60,768 nucleotides of DNA from a virus (Duplodnaviria > Caudoviricetes), in the IMG/VR virus record IMGVR_UViG_3300027985_001221, positions 1 through 60,768 of that record; one strand, given 5' to 3'. The notes below the pieces were generated by a model, which did no database searches, was not told where the DNA came from, and was given only the letters and a program-made list of their open reading frames with translations. A program made the position numbers and the translations under genes. Each line of letters begins with the position of its first letter. Within the stretch, counting starts at the first letter, position 1. Positions 19,657 to 29,200 of this stretch are shown here, piece by piece.

Positions 19657-20072
19657 CAAAAAGATACATAGGAACCAATATCATACATGCAAAACCAATG
19701 ACCTTGGGGCAGTATAATGAATACAGAGGATGGAAGATCCCTGAAAATGAAGATCCAAATAAAGCGGGATATCTTGTCATATATAGCGATATGTATGAAT
19801 CATGGTCCCCTGCCGATGTATTTGAAGAAGCCTACATCGAAACTGATGAAATGAATTTCGGATTGGCGTCGGAAGCAATGAGACGTGGAAACAGATGTTT
19901 TAGGGGCAAGTGGAATAAGAACCACAATCGTAAACACATCGAACTGGTCGAACCCGATAGTGTCAGTGAGATGACTGAACCATATTTTTTAATCAATGTT
20001 AATGGAACTACGTTCCCATGGACACCTCTGGCAGAAGATCTGTTAGCTGTCGATTGGTGTATTTTGGACTAA
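19653..20072 (+). CDS. DUF2829 / Thoeris anti-defence 2 (Tad2)-like protein with N-terminal extra domain
   Basis: MNFGLA.EA.RRG....R..WN...PWTP...DLLA.DW pattern. Confidence 0.7.
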   Translation: MTKRYIGTNIIHAKPMTLGQYNEYRGWKIPENEDPNKAGYLVIYSDMYESWSPADVFEEAYIETDEMNFGLASEAMRRGNRCFRGKWNKNHNRKHIELVEPDSVSEMTEPYFLINVNGTTFPWTPLAEDLLAVDWCILD

Positions 20073-20097
20073 TCATAACTCAAGGAGAAGAAGTACC

Positions 20098-20367
20098 ATG
20101 AAGAAATTCATTGCAGTGTCCCTCGTTTCGTTATCCTTTGCAGCATGCTCAACGTTGACCATCCAGGATTCGTACGTCGACGATCAGGGAAGGGAGCATA
20201 CTTGCGTTGCAAAGAGGTCAGCCTTTGGAATCGGGGTGTCCGATGTCGAGACTAATGTATGTAATTCTAATACTAAAATCGGAAATTCTGATTCCAGCAA
20301 GTCATTGGCCGACGCTATTGTTAATGCACTTGCTAACTATGTTAGGGCAACGGGGGACGCTCAATGA
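20098..20367 (+). CDS. Lipoprotein
   Basis: MKK plus hydrophobic stretch plus lipobox FAAC. Confidence 0.7.
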   Translation: MKKFIAVSLVSLSFAACSTLTIQDSYVDDQGREHTCVAKRSAFGIGVSDVETNVCNSNTKIGNSDSSKSLADAIVNALANYVRATGDAQ

Positions 20368-20540
20368 GTGTATGGAAAAGACAGGTAAAGAAATTCCAAT
20401 GTGATGTATGCGGCAAAGACTTCAACAACAAAAGGGCTTATTCCAATCACATGAAGGATAAGCACAATGGAGATGAATGCAAGGTATTCAAAGCCTTCAA
20501 AAATCAGGACGTTAAATACGGGGAGGGTCCACATGATTAA
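20364..20540 (+). CDS. C2H2 zinc-finger protein (58 aa), absent from the ORF track
   Basis: FQCDVCGKDFNNKRAYSNHMKDKH; ATGA overlap with the lipoprotein and 8-nt overlap with purZ. Confidence 0.75.
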   Translation: MSVWKRQVKKFQCDVCGKDFNNKRAYSNHMKDKHNGDECKVFKAFKNQDVKYGEGPHD

Positions 20541-21633
20541 TTTCAAAAACAAGATTAAGGCTAAGATTGATGTACTGTATGGCGGACAGTATGGCAGTGA
20601 GTCAAAACGACTATTCACCGAATTCTACACAAAAATGTTCAAAACTGACACAATCATTTCAAATTTTGGGCCGAATTCCGGGGGATTTGATTCATTTGGA
20701 AGCAAATGGTCAGTATTCCCGATCGGTTTTGATGGTAACATCATGTTGTCGGCGGGGTCAATCATCCCCGAGGAAAGATTCTGGAAGGAGGCAGAACAAC
20801 TGCCGTCCGGGGCTAACATTGTAATACACCCTAATGCCTGTGTGGTGAACGACGATCATCGACAAAGAGAGGCCGACAGGGTAACCATCGGTAGCACGAT
20901 GACCGGGACCATGGAAGCTGTCGTGCAAAAAATGCGGAGAGACCCCAACAATATCAATACAGCAGCGAACTCTGGCCTAAGGGAGTTCGTCGTTAGTCAA
21001 GAGGAATGGCTACAGAGAATTGTTGATTGTGAAAGTGCCCTGGTAGTGGTCCCCCAAGGCCATTCTTTGTCGATCAATCATGGTATGTACCCCTTCTGTA
21101 CCAGTAGAAACACCTCCCCTCAACAGGGTCTTGCCGATGCCGGAATCCCAATCTGGTTGGTAAGGGATATTATCGGCTGTTTCAGGACCTATCCTATCAG
21201 GGTGGCCAATCGCTATGATGATGATGGTAATATGATTGGTTATTCTGGTCCATGTTATGATGACCAGAAAGAAATGACATGGGATGAAATAGGTGTCCCG
21301 GCTGAATATACCAGCATCAGTAAAAAGATGAGAAGGGTGTTCAATTTTTCCATCAAACAATATGTTGAGTCGGTGTTGATGAATGGATGTACTAAGGTAT
21401 TCATGAATTTTATGAATTACCTAGGACATGCCGACTCACAGCAATTCTTGGTCAACCTCAATGAATTGGGACTCCCTGCCAGAGTGGAATGGGCTGGATA
21501 TGGTCCAAAATGTACGGATATTGCCAAGGTCAAGTATGTTGACAAAGCCGAATATGAAAAGATGATGGTGAATGATGCCGGAATATTTAGCACACTAAGG
21601 GGAGGATTCGATAATCCGGGAAGGGAGAACTAA
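20533..21633 (+). CDS. purZ: PurZ-like N6-succino-2-amino-2'-deoxyadenylate synthase (adenylosuccinate synthetase homologue)
   Basis: GGQYGSESK (Ser at the PurA catalytic Asp position), IGST..G, QG.SLS, YPFCTSR, RTYPIRV, RRVF, NFMNY (ATP-type, not TKLD); GGAGG RBS before ATG 20533. Confidence 0.88.
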   Translation: MINFKNKIKAKIDVLYGGQYGSESKRLFTEFYTKMFKTDTIISNFGPNSGGFDSFGSKWSVFPIGFDGNIMLSAGSIIPEERFWKEAEQLPSGANIVIHPNACVVNDDHRQREADRVTIGSTMTGTMEAVVQKMRRDPNNINTAANSGLREFVVSQEEWLQRIVDCESALVVVPQGHSLSINHGMYPFCTSRNTSPQQGLADAGIPIWLVRDIIGCFRTYPIRVANRYDDDGNMIGYSGPCYDDQKEMTWDEIGVPAEYTSISKKMRRVFNFSIKQYVESVLMNGCTKVFMNFMNYLGHADSQQFLVNLNELGLPARVEWAGYGPKCTDIAKVKYVDKAEYEKMMVNDAGIFSTLRGGFDNPGREN

Positions 21634-21636
21634 AAA

Positions 21637-21927
21637 ATGATATCATTGGACACTAACCATCCAGTAACTAATACTGCAGCTGAATTGTGGGGAGAAAATG
21701 GCCAAGTCAACATTCTACAGGAAGAATGTGCAGAACTGATCTCGGCCATAGCAAGAAGAAATAGGGGGAGGAATGGTAACGATGAGGTTGCAGAGGAGGC
21801 TGCTGATGTGTTAGTGTCCTTGATGTCTGTTATCCCAATCCTAGGGATAGAAGAAGATGTAATTAGGCACATGAATTTTAAGATAAATCGTTTGGACAAG
21901 CGAATAAAATCATTAATGGAGGGATGA
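21637..21927 (+). CDS. mazZ: MazG-like nucleotide pyrophosphohydrolase (MazZ-like)
   Basis: EECAEL...EEAADV (ExxE/ExxD), between purZ and datZ. Confidence 0.75.
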   Translation: MISLDTNHPVTNTAAELWGENGQVNILQEECAELISAIARRNRGRNGNDEVAEEAADVLVSLMSVIPILGIEEDVIRHMNFKINRLDKRIKSLMEG

Positions 21928-22511
21928 TGTCAGAACTAAATATAAAAGACATACTACGTTCGGGTCATGTCATCAGGTGGCAAATAGTAAGGACAGTGAG
22001 AGATCAAACTCTGGCAGAACATCTATTCACTGTAACAATCCTGAGTATCGAGATGTCAAACAGAGTATTCACGAAGGGTATATCTGATCAGATGAAACTA
22101 AAAATGATCGATTGGGCCTTGCGTCATGATATGCCCGAAATCTATACAGGAGATGTTGCCACGCCAGTAAAGAAAAGAATGAAGGCAGTGGACCCTGGAT
22201 TCTTTGACACCATCGAACGTGGTATATCAAAGAAATACTCGGACGCAAAGGATTCAGTATCAGGGACACCCTTCGAAGTAATAGTCAAGCTGGCGGATCT
22301 GCTGGATGGCATATCATTTCTCGATACAGAAGGGTTGGGGGACCATGCTAAGGACGTGTCCAGAAAGCTGAAAACTGAATATGCTAATCTGGTGGAGACA
22401 GCCAAGGTAAGGTTTTTTGATCTCAACTGGAATGAATCAACAAAAATGTTGTATGAGGTGACAGAGGGTAAGGACAGTCACCTTGAATATGAATCAAATG
22501 GAGGAATTTGA
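21924..22511 (+). CDS. datZ: HD-domain dATP triphosphohydrolase (DatZ-like)
   Basis: R.GHV.RW.IVRT...QTLAEH, HDMPEIYTGD..TP.K, VKLAD. Confidence 0.85.
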   Translation: MMSELNIKDILRSGHVIRWQIVRTVRDQTLAEHLFTVTILSIEMSNRVFTKGISDQMKLKMIDWALRHDMPEIYTGDVATPVKKRMKAVDPGFFDTIERGISKKYSDAKDSVSGTPFEVIVKLADLLDGISFLDTEGLGDHAKDVSRKLKTEYANLVETAKVRFFDLNWNESTKMLYEVTEGKDSHLEYESNGGI

Positions 22512-23122
22512 TGTCAGTAAAAAATGATTGCGGCAATGAGGTACATAAATTCTTGTGGTTTGATACTGAAACTACAGGGACCGACCCAATAAAACATGAC
22601 ATAATCCAAATAGCTGGCCAAATTGTGGTGGGAGGAATAGTGATGGACAGCTTCGATTACAGATGTCAACCCTTTGATTGGGACACTATTGAGGAAAAAG
22701 CCCTTGAGAAGAATGGCATAACTAGGGAAGAAATAGCCACATTCCCGGAGCCAGATATAATCTACGGAAAGCTAAAGCGCATGTTCAGGAAGTACATCAA
22801 TCCCTATGATAAGGCTGACAAGTTCATTGCCGGGGGTCAAAATGTAAGATTTGACATCGATATGACCCATCACTTCTTCAAGAAGAATAAAGATGATTTT
22901 TTCTTCTCCTTCGTCCGGGCGGGAGTTTTCGACACACTACATATGGCGACGATGCTGGAGGTCAAGGAAAGGAAAAGGATATTCAAGAAGGGATACAAGC
23001 TTGAACAGCTTTGTGAGGAACTCGGAGTGCCATTGGAGAATGCCCACGATGCATTGGCCGACATCACTGCCACTCGGCAAGTTGCAAACATACTCTGGAA
23101 AAGATTGGTGATGGGGGAATAA
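22511..23122 (+). CDS. DEDDh 3'-5' exonuclease (DnaQ-like)
   Basis: DTETTG, N..FD, H.ALAD. Confidence 0.9.
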   Translation: MSVKNDCGNEVHKFLWFDTETTGTDPIKHDIIQIAGQIVVGGIVMDSFDYRCQPFDWDTIEEKALEKNGITREEIATFPEPDIIYGKLKRMFRKYINPYDKADKFIAGGQNVRFDIDMTHHFFKKNKDDFFFSFVRAGVFDTLHMATMLEVKERKRIFKKGYKLEQLCEELGVPLENAHDALADITATRQVANILWKRLVMGE

Positions 23123-23123
23123 A

Positions 23124-23564
23124 ATGAGGGGCAGACCAAAAAAGGAAACTCCACCTAAACCCCCCAAGGTGGAGTACACTTGTATATGTGGTTGTGGTAA
23201 ACCAGTAAGGAAGGAGGGGGGTATATCCGATGGGTGTAAGCCGAAAATAAGGAAATTAATTGATGCTGGTATTATTAAGCCCACTTCATATGGTATCTGT
23301 GCTTATAGCCAGTGTAAAAAAGAATTTCCTCGCTACAAACTTATACATAACTCAATGACTCAAGAGTGTTGCTGTCGGAAATGTGGTGCCAGCAAATATT
23401 ATGAAGATATCGCCAATGGAAGAAGGAAGGAGACACCAAGGAAAAAGCCAGTAAACACTACTGGGGGGATGAAAATTGCAAAAGGGTCAACAAAGACTGA
23501 TAGAAAGAAATTGTTGGATTCCATCCCATCCCCCACCCCATATGAGGAGGCATTGTATAGATGA
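23124..23564 (+). CDS. Cys-rich basic protein
   Basis: RGRP start, CICGCG and other Cys clusters. Confidence 0.6.
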   Translation: MRGRPKKETPPKPPKVEYTCICGCGKPVRKEGGISDGCKPKIRKLIDAGIIKPTSYGICAYSQCKKEFPRYKLIHNSMTQECCCRKCGASKYYEDIANGRRKETPRKKPVNTTGGMKIAKGSTKTDRKKLLDSIPSPTPYEEALYR

Positions 23565-23800
23565 TAAAGGGGGTTAAGAAAAGGGATAATAGTCAGATAG
23601 ATAAGGCAAAGATACTCAATCTGTACATAGAGGACCAGATGAGTATAAACGAAATAAGTAAAAAACTAAAGATCCCATTTTCCAACATAAGGAATTGGCT
23701 AATAAAGGGGGGAATTAAGCCAAGGGAAAGGGCATACAGCATTAGATTAGCTGTTAAAAGAATAAAACAAATGGAGCGCAACAATGGGCGATCTAAGTAA
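23561..23800 (+). CDS. Small HTH protein
   Basis: MSINEISKKLKIPFSNIRNWL. Confidence 0.65.
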   Translation: MIKGVKKRDNSQIDKAKILNLYIEDQMSINEISKKLKIPFSNIRNWLIKGGIKPRERAYSIRLAVKRIKQMERNNGRSK

Positions 23801-24176
23801 AAATTTTTCATTACGAGAATTCAGATGCAAAGGGACCAACTGCTGCAATCATGCAGTGTCCCTCTCCCCCACCCTTTTGAAAACCCTACAGGAAATAAGG
23901 GACATCCTGGGAGAGGCAATGATAGTCAATTGTGGGTACCGATGTAGGACCCATAATGAGGAAATTGGCGGAGCTATTGGATCACTCCATACAATGGGTA
24001 TGGCCGCTGATATAAAGTGTCCAAGTGCTGATTATAGGGATAAATTGGTAAAAATAGCCAGTTCCCATCCCTATGTGGGGTACATCGGTATACATGATGA
24101 ATTCGTTCATATCGATGTAAGAAGGGGTGATATGTTGGTACAGGACAAAAGGAGCAATAAAAATGCGAAAGTATGA
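23784..24176 (+). CDS. Peptidase M15A-family endolysin
   Basis: NFS..EF.C, GYRC..HN..IGG...SLH..G.AADI, FVHIDVR. Confidence 0.88.
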   Translation: MGDLSKNFSLREFRCKGTNCCNHAVSLSPTLLKTLQEIRDILGEAMIVNCGYRCRTHNEEIGGAIGSLHTMGMAADIKCPSADYRDKLVKIASSHPYVGYIGIHDEFVHIDVRRGDMLVQDKRSNKNAKV

Positions 24177-24591
24177 TGGTATATTATATGCTCCTCCTGC
24201 ATATTGGAAATTATCGGAGGCCGCACGAAAAGAATTGTGCAACGGCTGTGGCACCGGGGGATGGAAAGGAAGATTGGTATCGGATACAGTGTTTGGAATG
24301 TGTATAACTGAAGCATGTGATATACATGACTACATGTATGTTGCGTCAAAGCCAAATTTCAACGACAAAGATTCCGCCGATCGGACTTTCCTAAATAACA
24401 TGGTCCGAATATTGAATGCCCAAAAGGACACCCTGATAAACAAGATACTATATGATTTCAGGTTGAGCAGGATACATAAATACTATAAGGCAGTGTCCAT
24501 GTTCGGCGGTCCAGCATTTTGGAGTTCCCATAACATATCATCATTCCAACCATCCGGGTTGGATATAATTACCGAAAAGGAGACGGCATGA
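24163..24591 (+). CDS. Phospholipase A2-like (DUF1353-like) protein
   Basis: CNGCG...ACDIHDYMY...AD..F..NM. Confidence 0.6.
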   Translation: MRKYDGILYAPPAYWKLSEAARKELCNGCGTGGWKGRLVSDTVFGMCITEACDIHDYMYVASKPNFNDKDSADRTFLNNMVRILNAQKDTLINKILYDFRLSRIHKYYKAVSMFGGPAFWSSHNISSFQPSGLDIITEKETA

Positions 24592-24986
24592 TAAACAAGG
24601 TCATATTGATTGGAAATTTGGGTGCAGACCCCGAGGTTAGATATTCCCAAAACGGGCTGGCAGTGTGTAACTTTAACATGGCCACTTCCGAAAGATGGAA
24701 GGATGAAAAGGGCAATGCAAAGGAAAATACTGAATGGCATAGGGTTTGTGCCTTTGGTCGAATTGCCGAGATCTGCGGGGAATACCTTAATAAGGGATCT
24801 AAGGTGTATGTCGAAGGGAAATTACAAACAAGATCCTGGGAAGACCGGGATGGCAATAAACGATACACCACAGAGGTTGTAATACGGGACATGAAAATGC
24901 TAAATCCAAAGGGTGGTTCAGGCGGCAGCAGGGAAGAACCCCCTATGCCAGAGCCACCCGCCAATTGGGATGATGTTCCCTTCTAA
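24588..24986 (+). CDS. ssb: Bacterial-type single-stranded DNA-binding protein
   Basis: [33 protein letters not shown] tail. Confidence 0.95.
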   Translation: MINKVILIGNLGADPEVRYSQNGLAVCNFNMATSERWKDEKGNAKENTEWHRVCAFGRIAEICGEYLNKGSKVYVEGKLQTRSWEDRDGNKRYTTEVVIRDMKMLNPKGGSGGSREEPPMPEPPANWDDVPF

Positions 24987-25010
24987 TCATAAAAAATAAA
25001 AAGGATAGAA

Positions 25011-25469
25011 ATGAATAGACCAGAAAAGGATCTATGGGATAAAATAAGAGTGGCAATGGGGTTATCTTGGAGTGCCCAACGTCATGAAGATCGTTACTCC
25101 CTTGGGATTCCCGATGTAAGCTTTGCAATAACTTTTAAGGGTAAAAAGATCAATGGATGGATCGAATTAAAGGTTATTGGCAAGATGCATGATTCCAATG
25201 TAATAAAAGTGTCCAAATTTACAAAGGAACAAAAGGCCTGGTTAACAGACACCTCCGAACATGGAGGAAATTGCTTTTTATTTTTGAAGGCTGGGGATGT
25301 CTATATGATATTCGGTGATGACTTTTACTCGATAGGGACGATGACAGCAAAGGAGATGTTGAGTAAGTCAATTATCAATATAGAATCCCCAAGTGGTGCA
25401 GACATTAAAACTATGATAACTAGAGCTTTGTCATTTAATAATGAAATCCTTCCTCACCCCGAAGGGTGA
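25011..25469 (+). CDS. VRR-NUC / PD-(D/E)xK Holliday junction resolvase-like nuclease
   Basis: GIPDV...WIELK...Q..W. Confidence 0.8.
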   Translation: MNRPEKDLWDKIRVAMGLSWSAQRHEDRYSLGIPDVSFAITFKGKKINGWIELKVIGKMHDSNVIKVSKFTKEQKAWLTDTSEHGGNCFLFLKAGDVYMIFGDDFYSIGTMTAKEMLSKSIINIESPSGADIKTMITRALSFNNEILPHPEG

Positions 25470-25777
25470 GTTTTTACATACCATACAACGGCTGCAAATA
25501 CGAACCCGACTAGTGATACTATGAAGGCAGTAGTTGCAGCCATTTTTATCTGATTCTCACCTTTCTTAGCTCCCCTCACCCAGGCATGGTCCTCTTGCCG
25601 ATTCTCAAAATCACTATAACACTTCTCTAACATCAAATGGTGTTTATAATGCATCTCTGGTGGGTACCTGAAATCAGTTTTACGAAAGTTTTGTTGAATG
25701 GACACCTCAAAAGCTTTCACCATGGTATTAAGTAACTTTTCATCAATTTGAGGGTCCTTATCTTCGTCAATCCCCAT
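25454..25777 (-). CDS. Membrane protein, holin candidate
   Basis: C-terminal transmembrane helix; last gene of the structural arm; GAGGT RBS before ATG 25777. Confidence 0.5.
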   Translation of the reverse strand: MGIDEDKDPQIDEKLLNTMVKAFEVSIQQNFRKTDFRYPPEMHYKHHLMLEKCYSDFENRQEDHAWVRGAKKGENQIKMAATTAFIVSLVGFVFAAVVWYVKTHPSG

Positions 25778-25787
25778 GGTGATCACC

Positions 25788-26207
25788 TCATTCCTCTGGT
25801 GTAGTGCGCTTAACACTATCAGTCATTACCCCAATTGGCCTTTCTTCTGTCCCGGTAACATTTCCCTCTTCGTCAGTGATCTCAATAGTGTACATAATTG
25901 GATCATACTCCATGGGATTACCATCTGCATCAGTTTCCCATTCAGTTCGAATCCATTCTACATTATCCGATTTTTTGAGCTTTTCAAGTTCCTTGGCAGT
26001 GTCGTACTCACATCGGATTGTGATGTAATCACCGAACCACGGAGTGTTACAAAGGGGAAATGCCTCCTCTATTTTACTTGCTCCTGGATTCCCCTTACCA
26101 AATTTTTGTAAACCGACGTTGACCAAATCTTGCCATGTCACATCGGGTGATAATCTTTTTAGAACAACGTTAACTGTCTCCAGTTTCTTTTTATATTTAG
26201 TTCCCAC
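25788..26207 (-). CDS. Hypothetical protein, possible tail-fibre chaperone
   Basis: Directly follows the tail fibre gene. Confidence 0.55.
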   Translation of the reverse strand: MGTKYKKKLETVNVVLKRLSPDVTWQDLVNVGLQKFGKGNPGASKIEEAFPLCNTPWFGDYITIRCEYDTAKELEKLKKSDNVEWIRTEWETDADGNPMEYDPIMYTIEITDEEGNVTGTEERPIGVMTDSVKRTTPEE

Positions 26208-29200
26208 GAAGAGCCTCCTCTATTGTTTTTGTTTTATTGGATATTGCTAAACAATTTGCATCAGACAGTGCCCTATTTATAATAACCGCTGATATTATAC
26301 CATTGTATGGATTGGAATTGTTATAATATGACCCCAATCTACATGATGTTTGCGGCACGAAATGTTGGGTATCAGAAAGTGAATTGTATACTCCACCCAC
26401 CCATAATTTTTTTAGATTTTCATTAGTGGACACTTTGAAAACAATGAATACATCTTCACTGGCAGCATATGAGTAAGTTAATGATATATTGTTACTGATC
26501 CCGGCATCAGCTATATAGCATATGTAAGTTGCCGAAAGTATCTGAACAATATACCGATCCTCAAGAGAACCTGTCCAAGTGTCGAATAAACATTGATTAG
26601 AAGCTATTTGTGAGCCACTTGATTTTTGTCTTAAAATAAGGGTGAAGTTATCCCCACTATTTGGTATGAGTTTATCCACTGTTATTATTGTTAATGCTCT
26701 TGTTGCTGTGGAAGTTGTGGTAATTATTGGAGATGTGGCATAAGATCCTGATTCTGCCTGGGAAAATGCAACATAAGCTCCCTTTACTCCATCACCAGTA
26801 TACGTACCACCTCTAGCAGTGGTTCCAGTATCAACAAAGTATAAACTACATCCAGCAGTCGATGCTGTTCCAGATACAGTATATGTGATAACATACCAAC
26901 CATGATTACCAATTGGTGATATTGATGCAGTACAATCAGTTGAAGCGGTAACTGTACCATTAATTATATCATAGTTTGCATATGCAGTACCATTGAACGC
27001 TGAGGGGGAGTTCATTTGTACATATTGCACACCATTGGATCTTATTACAACTGATCTAGTGTGTGGAGTCGGCATTACCACAGTACCAGTGACAGCATGA
27101 GCCCCGGTTCCAACTGTAGCAGTTAATCTTGATACAACTCTTTCAATATATGAGTCGTATACTTGATCAACATTCATAGTTGATTTTGTCCATGCTGCAT
27201 TTGTCATGTCACTGCCATACACAAACAAATTAGTTGCAGCTGGTTCACAAAGAATTCCACCAGCACTGGGTGAATAAAAACCGCCATATTTAAGTTTTGA
27301 TGGAATAACTGCTGTAGTAACTGCTGATGCATCAGTTATAACATATCCATTAAAATAGTTACTTAATTCAATTTGAACGTGTGCAAGATAAAATCCACTA
27401 ACCCCATCTCCCGTATATGATGGAAATCGAGAGTTATAATTGTTATCGTTACATGCAACTATGTATGCTGAATAAGTGGTAGTGGTAACAGTAGCTGGAG
27501 ATGTAATAGAACATCTATACCAACCATTGTTAACATATTCAATTTCACCAGAAGCAGCACTTCCATATGAAACTACTTTACCCTCTCTTAAATCAAAAGT
27601 TGCCCAAGCATTGGAACCGAACGCAGCAGATGCAAATGTAAGCTGAGCTTTACTTATTTCTCCCGCTTTGAGTAGGGCAGTTTGAGTATACACCGAACCG
27701 CTGGTAAAAGAGGCAGAGTTATCACAAGCCACAAAGTGAGAAGAGCTGTTTACTTTTGCGACTATTTTTCTAGCATCCCTTCCCGGTATCGGTCCGGACA
27801 CTTCTGTAGTTGCCACTGGCTCTTCTACATAATATACCAACCACCCATTGGCAGTGGTGGGTGCAGTTGAATATTTCACATAATTGAAGGCGGTACCAAC
27901 AGTAGTGACTGCAGCAGTGGTTGTTGTAATGGGCGGTGTAGCAGTAGAACCAGTTTCAAGTTGAGCACCCCATGCCACTACACTTGTTAATGAACAAGTT
28001 AAACCACGGGTGTCCATACAGTAAACATTAATCGAGGTTGCAGATGGAGTAAAGGATATTGTATACCTTTGCCATTTTTCTGTTACACTAACATCTGTTC
28101 TATGGTGTGCCCCATCATACCATCCTAATGTCCATGTTCCGGTACCAGATACAGTCCTTAAAAAGATACTATATGTATATGGGTTACCAGAAGTTACTCC
28201 AGTAACAGTCTCAGAACAAAATGCAGCTGATGGAGTAGTTGCAGTAATTGTATCAGCATCCTGTGCACCTGTAGGTGAAACATGGGTATCAGCCGAAACA
28301 GTACCACTCGATATTACCCAGGGTGGAGCATTTTCAAATCCACTGCTTCTTGTTAACAGATTGGTTGCTGCTGGAGTGTATGACCATGGTGCAGTGGACC
28401 ATCCAGTTTCTGATCCTTCATACCATCCATTTTTATAATTGACCCTTTTATACTTTGAATGATAACCTAATGTATCAGTATAACTTTTATATTGGTCATA
28501 AACCTTTGTCCCCTGTATCATCCTATAAGGGTGCGTCCTTGACCCATCCGGGAGAGTGTCCTTGAACTTTGGTATTATCTCCCTTATTGATATATAAGTT
28601 ATCAATACATCAACATTGGTAACGCTTCTAGTTATATTAAATGTAGTGGATATTGCCCCCTTCTGTGTGATGGTATTGAAATCAACAGTATTGGGGGTAA
28701 AAAAGTCTGATTTTACCGACCCACTGGTAACAACACCAGATATTTTAAAAAGGTAATTTTTCCCAACTGTTAAAGTATTAAGTTGGTTTACTACTAACTG
28801 AGGGGAAGTTGTATCACTTTGATACCTCATTCCACTACTGCTGAAAGTAACAATGTGAGTTGCATCCTCCCCCGATACTGATAATCCAGCTCCGGTATTA
28901 AGATTACCTGTGAATAATTCTGGACCAAGGTAGTAATCGTCATTGTTATATATTGAATTGTTAAAGGTTATTGGTTTGACTGTAAAATCATCAATAACCA
29001 TGGTAGATCCAGCATAACATTTTATGTATACTGAGTTATTTATTTCTTTTATACCATCATATACATAAGTACCAGGACCTGTAAATGTATATGAATCGGC
29101 ACCGCTGGTTAATGATATTGCTCCAGTACCAGATATCGATGAAACTTTTACTGATACCCTATATTTTGCTCCTATAGTTGCGATATTTTCTTGATATATA

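Noticed and set aside
20533-21633. Ordinary PurA as an auxiliary metabolic gene
   Set aside because: It lacks the catalytic Asp and the TKLD GTP motif, and it sits with MazG-like and HD genes.
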